Assembly (NCBI GenBank): GCA_964016885.1
Contig: OZ024742.1
Location: forward strand, 42,904,001 to 42,968,000
Length of the DNA stretch: 64,000 nt
Direction of reading: 5' to 3'
From: Eledone cirrhosa
Lineage: Eukaryota
Shown here: positions 37,996 to 51,600 of the stretch, piece by piece
Layout: each line of letters begins with the position of its first letter
Position numbering within the stretch: the stretch's first letter is position 1
The notes under the pieces: model-generated
What the model saw: the letters and a program-made list of their open reading frames with translations, nothing else
The model's database searches: none
What the model was told of the DNA's origin: nothing
Program-made: the position numbers and the translations under genes

Positions 37996-38600
37996 AGGTG
38001 AAAAACTGCGTTTTTTCCAGCTTTTTAGGGTTTTTTTGAGGCGTTACGTCAGACCGATTTCCTTGAAATTGTAACTATGTATTAGTCAGTCTCTTCTTCA
38101 TACCGTGAGCAAAGAAAATCCAACTTTTGTATGGCCTAGGGCCCGCATTAGGTGAAAAACTTCATTTTTTTTCAGCTTTTTAGGGCTTTTTTGAGGCGTT
38201 ACGTCTAGCCGATTTTCCCGAAATTTCAAGGCATATTGTGCACATTAAAAAAATTCATTTTCTTGATCCCCTAGGGCCCGCATTAGGTGAAAACCTGCAT
38301 TTTTCCTGCTTCATCGAGGAAAATCTTAGATTATCCAGCCATCAGAGTATTCGGTTTATTTTCTTTACATATTGTCCAGGCATGCAGTTTTTCCACGATT
38401 AGGTCTGTTGGCGGCCCGCGTTCCCTAGGGGATCAAAAAGTTGAATTTCTTTTATGTGCATAACACTCCCTGAAATATAAGTAATACACATGTAAAGTTT
38501 GAAAAAGATCGGTTGGGTACTTCTCGGGTTTCACACACACACACACACTCACATATACACACATACATACATACATCCTTCCTCAGTTTTATATATATAC
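37996..38600. repeat. Non-autonomous repeat with about 140-150 bp internal tandem units; Helentron/DINE-like appearance
   Basis: Repeated AGGTGAAAAACT..GAGGCGTTACGTC..CCGATTT..CCTAGGGCCCGCATT, ending AAAGTTTGAAAAAGATCGG..(CA)n..TTTTATATATA; class assignment by resemblance only. Confidence 0.45.
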
Positions 38601-38607
38601 ATATATA

Positions 38608-38920
38608 GATTAAAATAACAGATTAAAGTTTAAGCAAAGAATAGTTGCTTTCACATTTAACGGGATCTTCTGAAACTAAAAACATCAATCTGTGAACGCA
38701 GAAGTAAATATTTCGAAAAACGTTGCAATCGAAGGAAAACAGGAAGACGATACTTTGGTTCGTGACGACGTTCCCTGGCAATGAACGGAAAATAGCGACC
38801 ATAATACGTCATCAATGTTCGTCAGAATGTCGTAATGCAGACAGCCAGGCATACAGACAGATATTATAAGAGCGCGACGGAGATGGATAACCGGCGCATA
38901 ACACCCCTTTAACAACAGAA
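38608..38920 (-). mobile_element. PLE-2 family terminal fragment with CAGAAGA hammerhead variant (38627-38677)
   Basis: Reverse complement aligns to about 24710-24975 and has the same 3' end. Confidence 0.85.
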
Positions 38921-39623
38921 AATTGAAAAATAAAAGCTGCAGTTAATATCTTTAGACCGCAAGGAATATATAAATGCAAGTTTGAAGTCAATCGGAGTAG
39001 AAATGTGGATTTGTATAGACTTTGCAAAAATGAGGTGACACACACACATACAGACAACAACAGTTTTATATATAGATTACTTACAAATTAACCCAAACAA
39101 CCTATATAATTAGCACAAACATCTTCCTCTATCCAAACTGTATTAGCTATCCTAAATCACCATTAGCATTGAAAATAATTTTTTCTTCCCATATATGTAT
39201 TTATTTATATCTAACCTATATTAAAAAGCAATGTTTGCCTTCAAAATTGGGTTTTTATCACATTAATTTCACAAGTTAACAATACAGTAACTTATAATAT
39301 AATCTAATAAACTTGTAAAATAATCAAATAATTTCCCTCTATCCAAATTAGAACACCTATGTAAAAACAGATTTGTTTATTATCAACCAAATGTTTAATA
39401 TCCTTCAATTAAAACACATTACATCTTATTAAGTATACTAATCTAACCTATCTTGACCTTCTAAATCGGTATCTTAATCTTACTCCCAGATTAAAACTTA
39501 AAATACCATAACTCAAATAGGGCCTATTTACCACGCATATTTACTCTAAAACTTATCTACTTCCTTATTTCTTTTCTCAGTAGATTTATTAGCCCTAGTA
39601 GTATGCACTCACAACTTTTATGA

Positions 39624-39716
39624 TCTTCTTCTTCTTCTTCTTCTTCTTCTTCTTCTTCTTCTTCTTCTTCTTCTTCTTCTTCTTCTTCTTCTTCTTCTTC
39701 TTCTTCTTCTTCTTCT
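39624..39716. repeat. (TTC)n microsatellite
   Basis: Read directly. Confidence 0.95.
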
Positions 39717-40429
39717 CATCATCGTCATCATCATCATCATCGTTTTTCTTCTCCCCCCCCCTTCTTCTTCGTCCACTTACTCCTCTAATGATAGTGGGGA
39801 CAGGTCCTAGAACACTCCTTCCACTATCTTTACCAATCATAGGAATATATATATATATATGGTATGTCTATTCTTATATCTACCCTTTTTTTTATATACT
39901 ACCAATAAAGATTCTAACTTCATTGTTTCCGAAGAAGACGGTATGATCCGAACCCATATATTATGTCTGATAGTATACAGTTCTTTAACTGTTATAGATC
40001 AGTCAATATAGCGGTATGATCAACTCCGAAACGATCATGAAACAATTAATGAGATATGTAAAATAACTTGCCTTTGTTATCATAGTTAAAAAACTAATAT
40101 GCAATATATATATATATATACATACAATGGTAGACTGGCCAGGTTGCCAGATTGCCCAATGGCAAGTGGGCCCCGGGAGCCCATGGTAGCATTGCAGGGG
40201 CCTTTAGCCCTTTAGCATTTACATTACTCTATATTTACTATTGTATTTTCTCGATAAAGGCTTTACCTCACATAATCATCTCATAATATGGAATCTATGA
40301 TATTTTGATATTTATTTTGAAAACAATACCTTAACATCGGTATGAGTGGCCAGTTACAGCCGATTTGAACAGAAAGAGGTGAGAGAATTCTGGCCGGGTA
40401 TGGCCGGGTATGGCCGGTTTATGTAGATA

Positions 40430-43148
40430 ATCCAATTGTTGCAGTTTTCAAAGAAATATCTAACTGGATTAATCCATGCCCTCCCTCTTTCCTATGGAGA
40501 TATATTTTATCTTAGGGTGATGAATTCTGTGCATCGTTAAGTTTTCTAATTTTCGTATCGCTGTGCTTGACCAGTTGATGATATTGAAACTGTAAGTTAC
40601 TACTGGTATGGCAAGTGTTTTATGGCATCAATCCTATTCCTTGCATGTAACTACGATCTTAAAACTGCTCTTACTCTGGGGTAACATTTCTTCCTTATCC
40701 TTTCCCTCATTGTCGAGTACTTTATTCTGTTTCCTTTACAAACACCTAGATATTTATAAGTTTCTTCTTGATCAAGTTCTGTTATCACATTCCCCTGATC
40801 AAGATTAATGTCTGAACTTTTCAGCAGCTTTCCTCTGATGAACATGACTTTGGCACTTTTATCTAGTCCAAACTCCATTTTAATATCATCACTTAACTGC
40901 TTCACAATAGATAATAGCCCTTGCAATTGCGCCTCATTTTTTGCAAATAGCTTCAGGTCAGCCATGTAGAACCAGTGATTAAGGGTTTTGTTATAGACTT
41001 TATATCCATGTTTTGTTTCATTGAGCATTTTACTTAATGGTATAAGTGCAATGCAGAATAAAAGCAGCGATAAAGAGTCACCCTGAAAAATTCCACAATT
41101 ATCAACTTCTCCAGCTTCGAGTGATTCTTTTTCACTGTTCAAAAGGAGTGTTGTTTTCCATGTCTTCATACTAAATGACAGGAACCTCCTGACAACGGGA
41201 GATATTTTGAAAATCTCTAAACATTTTTCAATCCAACTGTGTGGCAAACTATCAGATGCTTTTTTGTAATCTATCCAAGCAATTGAGCCATATGAGCCTC
41301 GTTTACATCCTTTCTGCTCATTGGGAAATAGATCATTTGTTATCAGGTGGTCATATGTATATTCAGTTAGGATTGATATTAAGATTTTATACATTGTGGT
41401 CAAGCAAGTTATCGATCTCTAATTTTTGGGATTGTTTGTCTCATCATTCTTCGGAAGCAGGAATGTAATGCCGTTAACTAGCCATGATGGTATCTTTTCT
41501 GGCTCCTTAACCATTTCATTGTAAAGTTGGGCTAAGAGCTCATGAGGCTCTGAGAAGGCATTTAACCAAACATTTGGTATTTTGTCTTTCCCTGAGAATT
41601 TACATTCGCTAGATTTTCTAAGAGCTGAACGCAGATGTTCAACCGTTATATTTCCCAGGCTTGTTCCTCAAGGTAAACTGTATCTTTCAGTTGTCTATCT
41701 ATCCATGGAGAACGTACATTATGAACGTTATCTTCAGTCCAGATCTTTTCCAGAATTCTTGCACTTCTTTCTTGGGTGGTATTGATTTAGCAGTTATTGT
41801 TGATTTGCCAATTTTTCTGTAGAAAATGTTTTGGTTGTTTTTGAACATATTATTGTCCTTATAGAATCTGGAGCGTTTTTCAAAGCACTGTATACGAGCA
41901 GCTTTGGCCGACACTTTTTGCTTTATTGTTTCTATCATCATGTCTATGTCACTTGTTGATTTTATATTGTACTTTCTTTTCAATTTTCTGAGTTTAGTTT
42001 GTTTAACATGTTCACCTACTTTGTAGTTTGCTAAAATTTCTATGTCAGATCGAAGAAAGTTTATTTGGCGATTGATGTTCTCTTGCCAAGTAGGTTTTTT
42101 TGTGGACATTCCTTTGTTTTTTCATTTTCACTCCACATAAGTTAGACGATGCATAATAAAGATGTTTGGTTCAGTAATATTTAGTTTATTTGTGGTGATA
42201 ATGTCTTTGGTGGTTATGTGAGTCTACCGTATTATCGTCTGGTTTTGTTTGGAGTTCTTGATCTTAGGGAGGGTGTCTCGTTCCTCCATGTCAGATTCTT
42301 TCATTTTCATCTATTCAATCATAATTTCATTCTTCTAGTCGGCGAGTTCATTCGCATTCATTTTTTATCATTGATGATCTCCTCATTGTTTTCATTTTGA
42401 GTTTCATCTTGAACAGGCACTCCTTCCACTCTTTCGAACATTTCTTTAATTTGTTTTGCTGTCAGCGATTCCGCCCCCACCTTGGGATTTAAGGTGTTAC
42501 AATTTACTTCGTTTTCACCGACACATGTTTCATTTTTCGTTCGCTGACTTTGCGCCAATTGCTTGATCTGATCAATTTCTATGTCAGTTAGTAACTTCTT
42601 CTTAACAATGTTTCTTCGTATATTAGCTAGTTTGTTGCTGTCAATATAATCTGTTTGCAGGATGTTTCTTTTTCCAGTTGATATATGTCTGTTCTGTATT
42701 CAATCTATTTGATGGGCAGTACATGTCAGTGTAGAAAACCTCAAGGACTTTTTTATTGTCTTCCCATGACTATTTCTCTCTCTTTTTTCTTTGGATTTCT
42801 TGGTGGTGAGCATGGAGGGCCATCTTTTGGAGTATTCCGGTTTTGAGAGGTTTTCAGCTCTGAATTGATGGGAAGGTTTGAATCCTTAGCTGGTTTTTCA
42901 ACCCCAGTCTGGTTCCTCTCTGAGGGATGCGGCCTTTGTTGACTCGGATGACGGCCGATCTGGTATGAGTTTTTATTATTTGACATTGCATTTATTTTGT
43001 TGCATTTTATCCTTAACCGCCAAGGGTTAATTATTTCGAGTAACCACTCCTAGAACGAGTATCAACCAATACTAGAGGGGTCATCCTACCCATGGGATGC
43101 GGCTATTCCCCGCTGGCAACCAAACCAGTATTTCTTGGTCACAGGGAT
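40430..43148 (-). mobile_element. Degraded R4/Dong-type LINE, 5' end through RT; 5' end abuts (TAA)n
   Basis: EQKGCKRGS..WIDYKKA..GIFQGDSLS..FYMADLKLF..FGLDK..YKYLG; N-terminal pieces up to 42986. Confidence 0.85.
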
Positions 43149-43153
43149 TTTAT

Positions 43154-43695
43154 TGTTATTATTATAATATACTTGGCAGTGAATTGCCAGTATCGGTAGA
43201 GGGTCGGACGCCATACTTTTCAGCATAGTTACGTCCCTTTACGGTCTGAGTTCAAATCCCGTCGAGGTTAACTTTGCCTTTCATCCTTACAGGATTGATA
43301 AAATAAAGCACCAGTAACTTACTTGGGTCGATTTAATCGACTTTATCCTCCCCCAAAAATTACTGGTCTTGTGCCTATACTAGAAATCATTATTATTATT
43401 ATCTTTGCCGTTCATCCTTTCGGGGTCGATAAAATAAAGTACCAGTAATACACTGGGATAATTGCTGGCCTTGTGCCAAAAGTAGAAACAATTATTATTA
43501 TTATTATTTGTGAATTGGCGGTATCGGTAGAGCGTCAGACATCATACTTTGAAGCATAGAGTGATGGCCCTTTACATTCTGAGTTCAAATCCCGCTGAGG
43601 TTAACTTTGCCTTTCATCCTTACGAGGTTGATAAAATAAAGCACCAATAATGCACTGGGGTAATTGCTGGCTTTGTGCCAAAAGTAGAAACAATT
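43154..43695 (+). mobile_element. Three tandem tRNA-type SINEs (43154-43392, 43404-43495, 43510-43695)
   Basis: Same A/B-box-like motifs, core and (TTA)n tails as 21170-21886. Confidence 0.8.
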
Positions 43696-43707
43696 ATTAT
43701 TATTATT

Positions 43708-46700
43708 CTTTGAGTCTCAGTCATTGATGTTATTTAACTGGAAAGTTTGTTGAAATGAATATCAAGCCGCTACCTGCAGCCTCAGATATTCAGGACGTAT
43801 CGGAGGGTTCTTGCTGTTCCCAGCAAGCATGCCTTTTGAAGTGTTCCAAAAAGCGGGGCTGGACTAATTTTCTTTAACCATCCTTGGAAACTCTTTGAGA
43901 TAGTACCTAGTGTTCCTATGACAATCGGGACGACTCTGACTTCATGGCAGTTCCAAATTCTTTTTACCTCCCACTTTAAATCCTGGTATCGGTTAATTTT
44001 CTCCCTCTCCTTTTCTTGCACTCTCGTGTCAAATGGGCAGGCTACATCTACAATCAGGCACGATCTTTTTACCTTGTCCAAAACCACCAGGTCAGGCCTA
44101 TTGTGTTCCAGTTTCTTGTCTGTCTGTATCCTAAAATCCCATAACCCCTTCACCTGATCGTTTTCTATCACCAACTCTGGCTTATGCTCATACCATTTCT
44201 CAGAATGTGGTAAATTGTTTACTTTGCATAGGTGCCAGTGGATCACCCTGCCCATCACATCATGTCTCCAGCCTTTATAGTGAGTCTGGGCTAGGTGTTT
44301 ACACTCGGATACAATGTGAGCCACAATCTCCTCTCTCTCTCCACAGATCCTACACAGTGGGCTAGCCTCCTCCTTGTAAATATGGTGTTTCACCCTCTTC
44401 GTTCTGAGGGCCTGCTCTTGCGCAACCATTAGCATTCCTTCTGTAGCCTTTTTAAGGTATCCTCTTTTTAACTAGAACCATGTCTGTGGATCTCTAAATT
44501 CAGTTTCCTTAAAGAAGGTACTATGAAGGGATTTTTCATGAAGGTTGCTCTTCCTCCTTATTATTTCTTCCTTGGACATCCCCTGGTTTATTGTCCTCTC
44601 CTTCAGTACAATTCTGAGCATTGGATCCCTACTGTCAGTCACGTATTTGTGCAGGTTGTTTTTCTCCATCTGAACACAGTCCTCTATGCTGATAAGACCT
44701 CTTCCACCTTCAGATCTCTTTAAGTAGAGTCTATCGACATCACTCCTCTTGTGGAACATGTTGTAGATAGTCAATAGCTTCCTAGTCTTCCTATCCATTT
44801 CTTTTTGTTCAGCAACATTCCATTTCAGAATTCCCGCACTGTACCTAATAATAGACACAGCTCGGGAATTAACTGCCCTTATGACATTCCTGCTATTTAG
44901 ATGTGATTTTAATACGCTCCTTACTCTCCTAATGTACTCAGATCTTATCGATTCCTTCATTTTTTTTTCTTGATATCATCTGCCTCCAGAACACCTAAAT
45001 ATTTGTATCCTTCTTCAGTGTCAATTTCCTTTATCATCTCACCTGTTGGTACCTGGATTCGGTTGCTTCTGCTCAATTTACCCCCTCTTCATCACTAGGA
45101 CTCCACACTTATTAATACCAAATTGCATATATATATCATTGCTGAAAATACGGACAGTGTCAACAAGTACATCCAACTCCTCACTCTTCCCAAAGAGTTT
45201 AAGATCGTCCATGACGAGGAGGTGGTTGATGGTAAGCTCTCCTTTTCCCAACTTGTATCCTGCTCTCACTTTTCGCGGTATAATGGTCAGGGGTATCAGG
45301 GCAAGGACAAACAACAGAGGGGACAAACTATCTCCCTGGAAGATACCTCTCTTGATCTTCACGCCTCCCAAGGATTCTCCACCCGATGTTAACTCTGTTT
45401 CCCAGGACTTCATACTTTTGCTCAATAACTGTCTGATGTTATCTGCCACCTTGAAGATCTCTAGGCTTTTGGTTATCCAAGAATGAGGTACCATGTCGAA
45501 TGCCTTTTTGTAATCTATCCATCCCATGGCAAGACCAGTGTGTCTCCTCTTGCAATTCCTCATTACCATCTTCTTTCAGCATCCTTTCTGTTCGTCCGGT
45601 AACAAGTTGTTTATGTGGAGGTGATGGTAGATTTCCTCAGACACAATGCTTGTTAACAGTTTCCACATTACGGACAGACATGTGATAGGGCTATACTTGG
45701 TAACATCATTACCCTTGATTCGGTCTTTCATTACCAGAACTGTGGTACCTTTTGTCAACCACTCTGGTACCTCACCCGACATCAAGCAGTCATTGAACAT
45801 GGTTGTCAGTTTCGGGTGGAGGGATGTTATATTTTGTGATCCAATACCCCTGCACACCATCTGGGCCTGGTGATTTCCAGTTGGTTAGTTTTTTGGCCTG
45901 CCCTTTAAGAGTTTCAACTGTGATACTCAAATCAGTTTGTTGGTGTGCTTATTCACTAATCTCCTTTTGTACTATCTCAATCCACACTGCCTGGTCATTA
46001 TGTTCAACATCCTGCTCCCATATTCCTCTCCAGAATGTCTTAGTCTGTTCGCCTCAGAGATCAAGTCGTTGCCTCTTTCTTTCCCTTCAAGCTGTCCAAA
46101 CAACATCTTTTGATTGTTGTCAAACATACGGTTCTGTCTATACTGACTGACTCTGCTCTCATACCGCCTAATCTTTGCACTCTTTGCTACAATGCGTTGC
46201 TTCAGTTCCTCTATGATGATATTTAGCTTTTTCCTCCTAGTTTTGTACTTTATTTCCAGTCTATTTTTAGTGTCTATGTTTTGTAGTGTCCCATTCAGTA
46301 GGGACTTAAGCTTTCCAGTGTCATTTCTCATTTCCTTGATTTGACGATTCAGTATTTCTTTCACCAAAGTTCTGATCTTTCTTGTTTGTTGTTTACTCTC
46401 GTTTTTATGCCAAGTAATTTCCTCACCGCATTTGCTGTTGCTTTGAGAATATTGTTGCATTGGTGAAGGTTCCTCGCCTCAAGGTATGGGATGACTTTGT
46501 TTACCTTAGCTGTTGTTTCTTTTAACTTTTTCATGTCTACAAATCTTAGGTTCATAGGTTTCCCACTATCATTGTTCATTTCATCTACCACTAAGTTTAG
46601 GATATCAACCAAATCTTGTCCTAGCCCGTCAGCATTCATTTCTACAATGGCCGTATCTTTGTTCCAGATGTTATTTATTTCAGCATTCAGACCATTGTCT

Positions 46701-47255
46701 GCTTCGGATGCTTCCTCCGTTCTCTCAACCTCTTCACCTTCATTCCCACTGGCTCGTTTGTCTGGCATACTCCATTCTCCATTTCTAACCTAATCTCTCT
46801 GCTCAGTTCCTCCAGTTCCAACTTGCTTATCCGAGCCTGCCCGGCCAATTTTTGTTCATCTAATTTAAATAGACCAATCTCGTTCCAGATGTTATGCATC
46901 CGTTTCCTATAGCTTTTTTCCTTGGGGTTACTCTTCAGGTAACATTCCATTACAGTTCTATTCAATTCTTTCGTCCAGTTGGTTCTTGTCCCTTTCCTTC
47001 TTCTTCTTCCTCCAACACCACCAGTATTTGGATGACAGCCAGGTCCCTGCTGCTGGGCCAGGGGACACTTGCTGGGTGAGAGTCTGTCACATGACGTTCC
47101 AGTCTCCTCTTCACCGTTATTCGAACTGTTTAGGTTCGACATTTAAACACTCATATCGAGGATTGGTGAATATATGGTTACATAGCCACCGGTGATTTCA
47201 TCACCCCCCTTCCCGGTGATTTTAGCGTGGCACCATCACGCTGTAGACGAACATA
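43708..47255 (-). mobile_element. Full-length but frameshifted R4/Dong-type LINE (RT, CCHC and RLE endonuclease) inserted in the (TAA)n tail of a SINE
   Basis: PITCL, EQKGC, WIDYKKAFDMVPH, GIFQGDSLSPL, MDDLKLF, CRIC..HIVSEC, RHD, RPDLV, VDVACP..EKINRYQDL; ORF pieces from 47142 to 43782. Confidence 0.92.
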
Positions 47256-47810
47256 AATAAATAAACAAATAAATAGATAAAAACTTTAAAAAACAAACAA
47301 GTTTCATTGTAATGTTTGAATGTCTGACTTAGTTTTTTGTTTGTTTGTTTGTGTTTTTTTTTATTTACGTTTTTCGTTTTTCAAGGCCAGTAACATCGTC
47401 GGTTACTAGTTTTGTTGTTGCTGCTGCTGCTGTTTTTGATTTTGATTTTAGCTATGTGGGAAGTAGGGGTTGTTGCGTTCAAAACTTTTGAAATTTGTTT
47501 TTGTTGTTGGATTGTTTTTGTCTGTGTTCTGTTCTATAATCTTTCGACTTGTTGCTTATTATTACTATTATTATATTATAGTTTAGATTTGACATCGTTT
47601 AAACTAAACATTTTGAGAGAGTTTAGAGATACAACAACAATTATTATTTTGGTGTTGTTGTTGTTGTTGTTAGCTGTTTGACCGGGTCACTAAATCAGTC
47701 TATTTATATCTTTTGTTACCTTCCTCGCTTCTATTCATGTGTAGTGGCACTACTACCATCCCTCTCTTAACAGGAGGTAGTAAGGGAATAGTAATTATTA
47801 TTATTATTAT

Positions 47811-48560
47811 TAGAAATCCCTGGCCTGGCAGTGCTACCGAGGAGCTTTGCCAGTTCGGGATAAACTCTACAGGCATGGAGGTGCCGTCATCCGGGCATGT
47901 CCGAGATGCGCGCAGGGTGACGAAACCGTCCTGCATGCACTCGTCCAGTATCCGAGCATTGCTGACAAGTGGGTTTATGTCGAACACCTGCTGTCACGTG
48001 TAGAACGGATCCGGCTATCAGCTGAGTCCATCGTGAGGATTGCCCCGCCCTCTTCCTTTAGCCGGGAAGGGCAGGCAGTTTGTATGTCTGGTGGCCAGGC
48101 GAAAGAGATAGTATGGTGGACGCGTCTGAAAGGGCTGAAGACGAGCACTTACCTCTTCGGTGATGCTCTGATTAACCTTTTCCAATTTCATTTGAAAAGG
48201 AAAGTCAGGGTAGAGAGAGAGGTGCTCTCTTCCCAGCTTTTTATTGAAAGATGGGTGAGAGAGGCAAGAATGGCCTGAGTGAATGGACCTACTCTGAGTA
48301 TATGCCTGTAAATTGAAGGTGGAAAACTGGGAGAGAACATTTGCCCTGGTGGTCAGGGTCACCGTGGCTTTTTTTAATGAGCTTTCTCCACGATGGCACT
48401 CGGAGGTCTCCCCCCTATTGGGGAATTTTTCATTGTTCTTTTATTACATCCTCTGTTTTTTGTTTTTTATACGCAGAAATGCTCATTTGTACCGTCCTGT
48501 ATTGTCCTGTACTGTCCTTAATGTCTACTTTATGTAAACCCTTGTGGTAAATAAAGAAAG

Positions 48561-48561
<1 letters not shown>
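47811..48561 (+). mobile_element. 5'-truncated Tx1 family B 3' end between (ATT)n tracts
   Basis: WQCYRGALPVRDKL..KVRVEREVL; 3' UTR matches 54350-54590. Confidence 0.9.
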
Positions 48562-48609
<48 letters not shown>

Positions 48610-51600
48610 GGCGACCTACGTAGTAAATCGTATCATCGTAAGCTCCGCAAAGGTTTGTTGTTTTCGTTTGTTTTGAAATTGCCATTTATGGAAAATTTTA
48701 TTGTTAACTGTATATAAGTGCACATACATTGTTTTCCGAAAAGGACACTCAAAAAGATTGGGGCCTTGAGCCCAAAATTTAAACTTTTATAATTATCAAA
48801 AAAAATTTCTTTGAAAAAAACATGGAAGTCTCACAGCCACACGAAGCTGACAGCCTTCCTCACAAACTAACACCTCACACCGACACCACCATTGTAAATA
48901 TTACTACGTTTGCCAACACAAAAAATATAAGCGTAGCAATATTTTAAATTTGTCTCAGGCAGACATTCATTTCCCGCCATTACCAATGACTGCAGGTGTT
49001 AAAGCCGCCACCACCACCACCGCGACAACCACGCCCCCACCACTACCGCGACAACAGAAACAAAAGAAAAAATAAATTAACTCGTGATGTCAAAATGAAT
49101 TCAACCAAAATGAACTCTTCCACACCGAACACCACTGACGCCACCACCACCACAACTGAAACTAAAATTAATAATAACAAAAATAACGATAACAACAACA
49201 GCAACAATGACATTAAGAAAATCACCCTGAGTTTTGCCAGAGTAGCAAAACAGTGCGAAGCATTTCAGGTAACTCAGGAGGAATTGGAAGAAGCCAAAAA
49301 AATGGTAAAGAAAGATGGGTACAGGGTCAGCCTTCCCCCCCCACCTAATAAAATGTAGCATTAGCGCCTATGCACCGTGTCTTATCGAACAATTAATGTA
49401 AAATTGCGCCGAGTGGAACGGGCATCCGAGTCCCAAATCCAAAAAGCTTTGGGACATGTGTGGGAAAAAAAAACCACATCAGATTTGGGCAGAAGTATGG
49501 AACCGTGGACGTGTTCTTTGAAACACCAGAGGAGGCTAGAGAACACTCCATGGCCCCATTAAGAAGTGACGACTTCACACGCATCCCAAGCTATTGTGGC
49601 CAGAGACTTGTAAAGATCAGGGTGACCCACGTTCCACCGGCCATCGAAATTCCCTGGCTAATAGCTGCCGTCCTCGCCGGCATCGAAGCCAACACCAACA
49701 TAATAGAAATAGCGAAAGAAAAGCAGGAGAACTGGTCCGGATCTGGGATGGAGCTCCTGATCCAAGCGGACCAAAAAGCATTGAGGAGATCCCAGAGGTA
49801 ATAGACCTCACTGACGGCAGCCACCTCACCGTAATTGTCGGGGGAAGAAGGCCTAGGTGTGTCGTTTGTGGTGAAGGAACCCACCTAAGGGCTTTCTGCC
49901 CTCAGGCTAAAAGGTTGAGGCCACCTCTCCTACCCACCCCAGTGACTCAACCATCAACACCACCATCAGCAGAGATGGCAGCAACAACTGTAGCAGCAAC
50001 AACAGAAGCAACTGTAACAGCAACAACCCCAGCAACAGTTGCAAAACCAACACCACCACCACCCAACGCGCCAGAACTAGCACCAGCGCCTACACCATCC
50101 ACCACGCCACAACCAGAACTAACGCCTGTGGAGGATTTTCCACTCCCCGGCCTATCAGCCTATCACAACTGGAGACAGATTGTGACGACGGGGAGTGGGA
50201 AACGGTATTAGGAAAAAAGAAAAAAAGAAACCAAAAAAGAAAACAATTCTCTTCCTTCCCCCTCCAAAAACAAAATACAGAGGGAAATAAATAAACTATC
50301 AAACAAAAAAGTTAGGACAAATATGCCACCATCCACACCAGCATCACCAACCCCATCACCCCAAACACCAACACCATCACCATCATTAACCCCAACACCA
50401 CCATCACTTACACCACAGAAGTCACCAAAAAGCGAAACAGAAACAAACCCACAGCAAACGCAAACAAAACAAAACAACCAAAACGTCACACACTACACAG
50501 CATTAAATTTGAACAACAACCAATTATTACACTACATCCAACACAACACCAGCATCACAGAAAAAGACTACACAACAACCCAAAAGTTCACACCACCTCC
50601 ACACATACAAATCACTCGCATCACACAGAAAACGTACATGACACTAAAACAAAAATTCCCCAAAGACATCGGAGACTTCCGACAAGCACTCTCCAGGAGG
50701 ATTTATAAGAACATCCTTCCTGAGGAGGCCACAAGCAGTGAAAAGGATGGAAAAACCGTCCTTCCTCTACGAGAAGTAAGGTAAGTGGTCTTTCCCATCT
50801 TTTCCACTCCATTTCAACATCACCTCACTCAGAATAGGCAGCATAAATGCGCATGGCTTGGGGTCGTCATGGAAGCAGGGCCACCTGCTCAATGACCTCA
50901 AGTCACTAAACATAGATGTAGTGGCCATCAGCGAGACCAGAATCTCCGAAGCACAGGCCTTCGCACAGATCTTCGGCGGCTACGATGTGTACGCATCTCC
51001 CAGCCGTCCGGGATCGGGGGGAGGAGTTGCTGTGCTTTTTCGGAGAGGTTTGGATCTTGCCATACGGGCCATCTTCCTGGACCCAGAAGGTAAGTTGGTG
51101 GTGCTGGACGTGACCAGCGGAGACGAGCAAGCTTTCAGGTTAGTGGCCGTCTATGCCCCGACAGGAGCAGGGCGGCCTGATTTCTTCCGGCGTCTGGAGA
51201 CCTTTCTTGGAACGTCCCGCTCTTTAATGTTAGTGGGCGACTGGAACGGGATCTGAGATACACGCTGGGACTGTGTGGGATTAGTGGATAGGGAAGGAGG
51301 GTGCAAGAGTCTCACCAACCTGCTCAGGCGTTTTGAACTGTCTGACAGGTACCGATTGGATTTCCCGAATGTGCCAATGTGGACTTGGACAAATCGCATA
51401 GGGTCATCCAGATCATATCTAGATAGAGTATTTTGTAGGGAAATAGATAGGTCTAGCATAGGCTGTCCAATTCAAGATAGTCAGCTGCACGGACCACAAA
51501 TTCGTGATCTGTGTGCTTGACTTAGATAGGCTTCATAGACGAGGACTCGGCTACTGGAAGCTAAACGCGTCCTTACCAGCGCGCAAGGCCTACAGAGACC

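Noticed and set aside
43020-47255. HDV-like ribozymes at the 5' ends of the two R4/Dong-type elements
   Set aside because: GC-rich hairpins are present, but I could not assemble the nested double pseudoknot by eye
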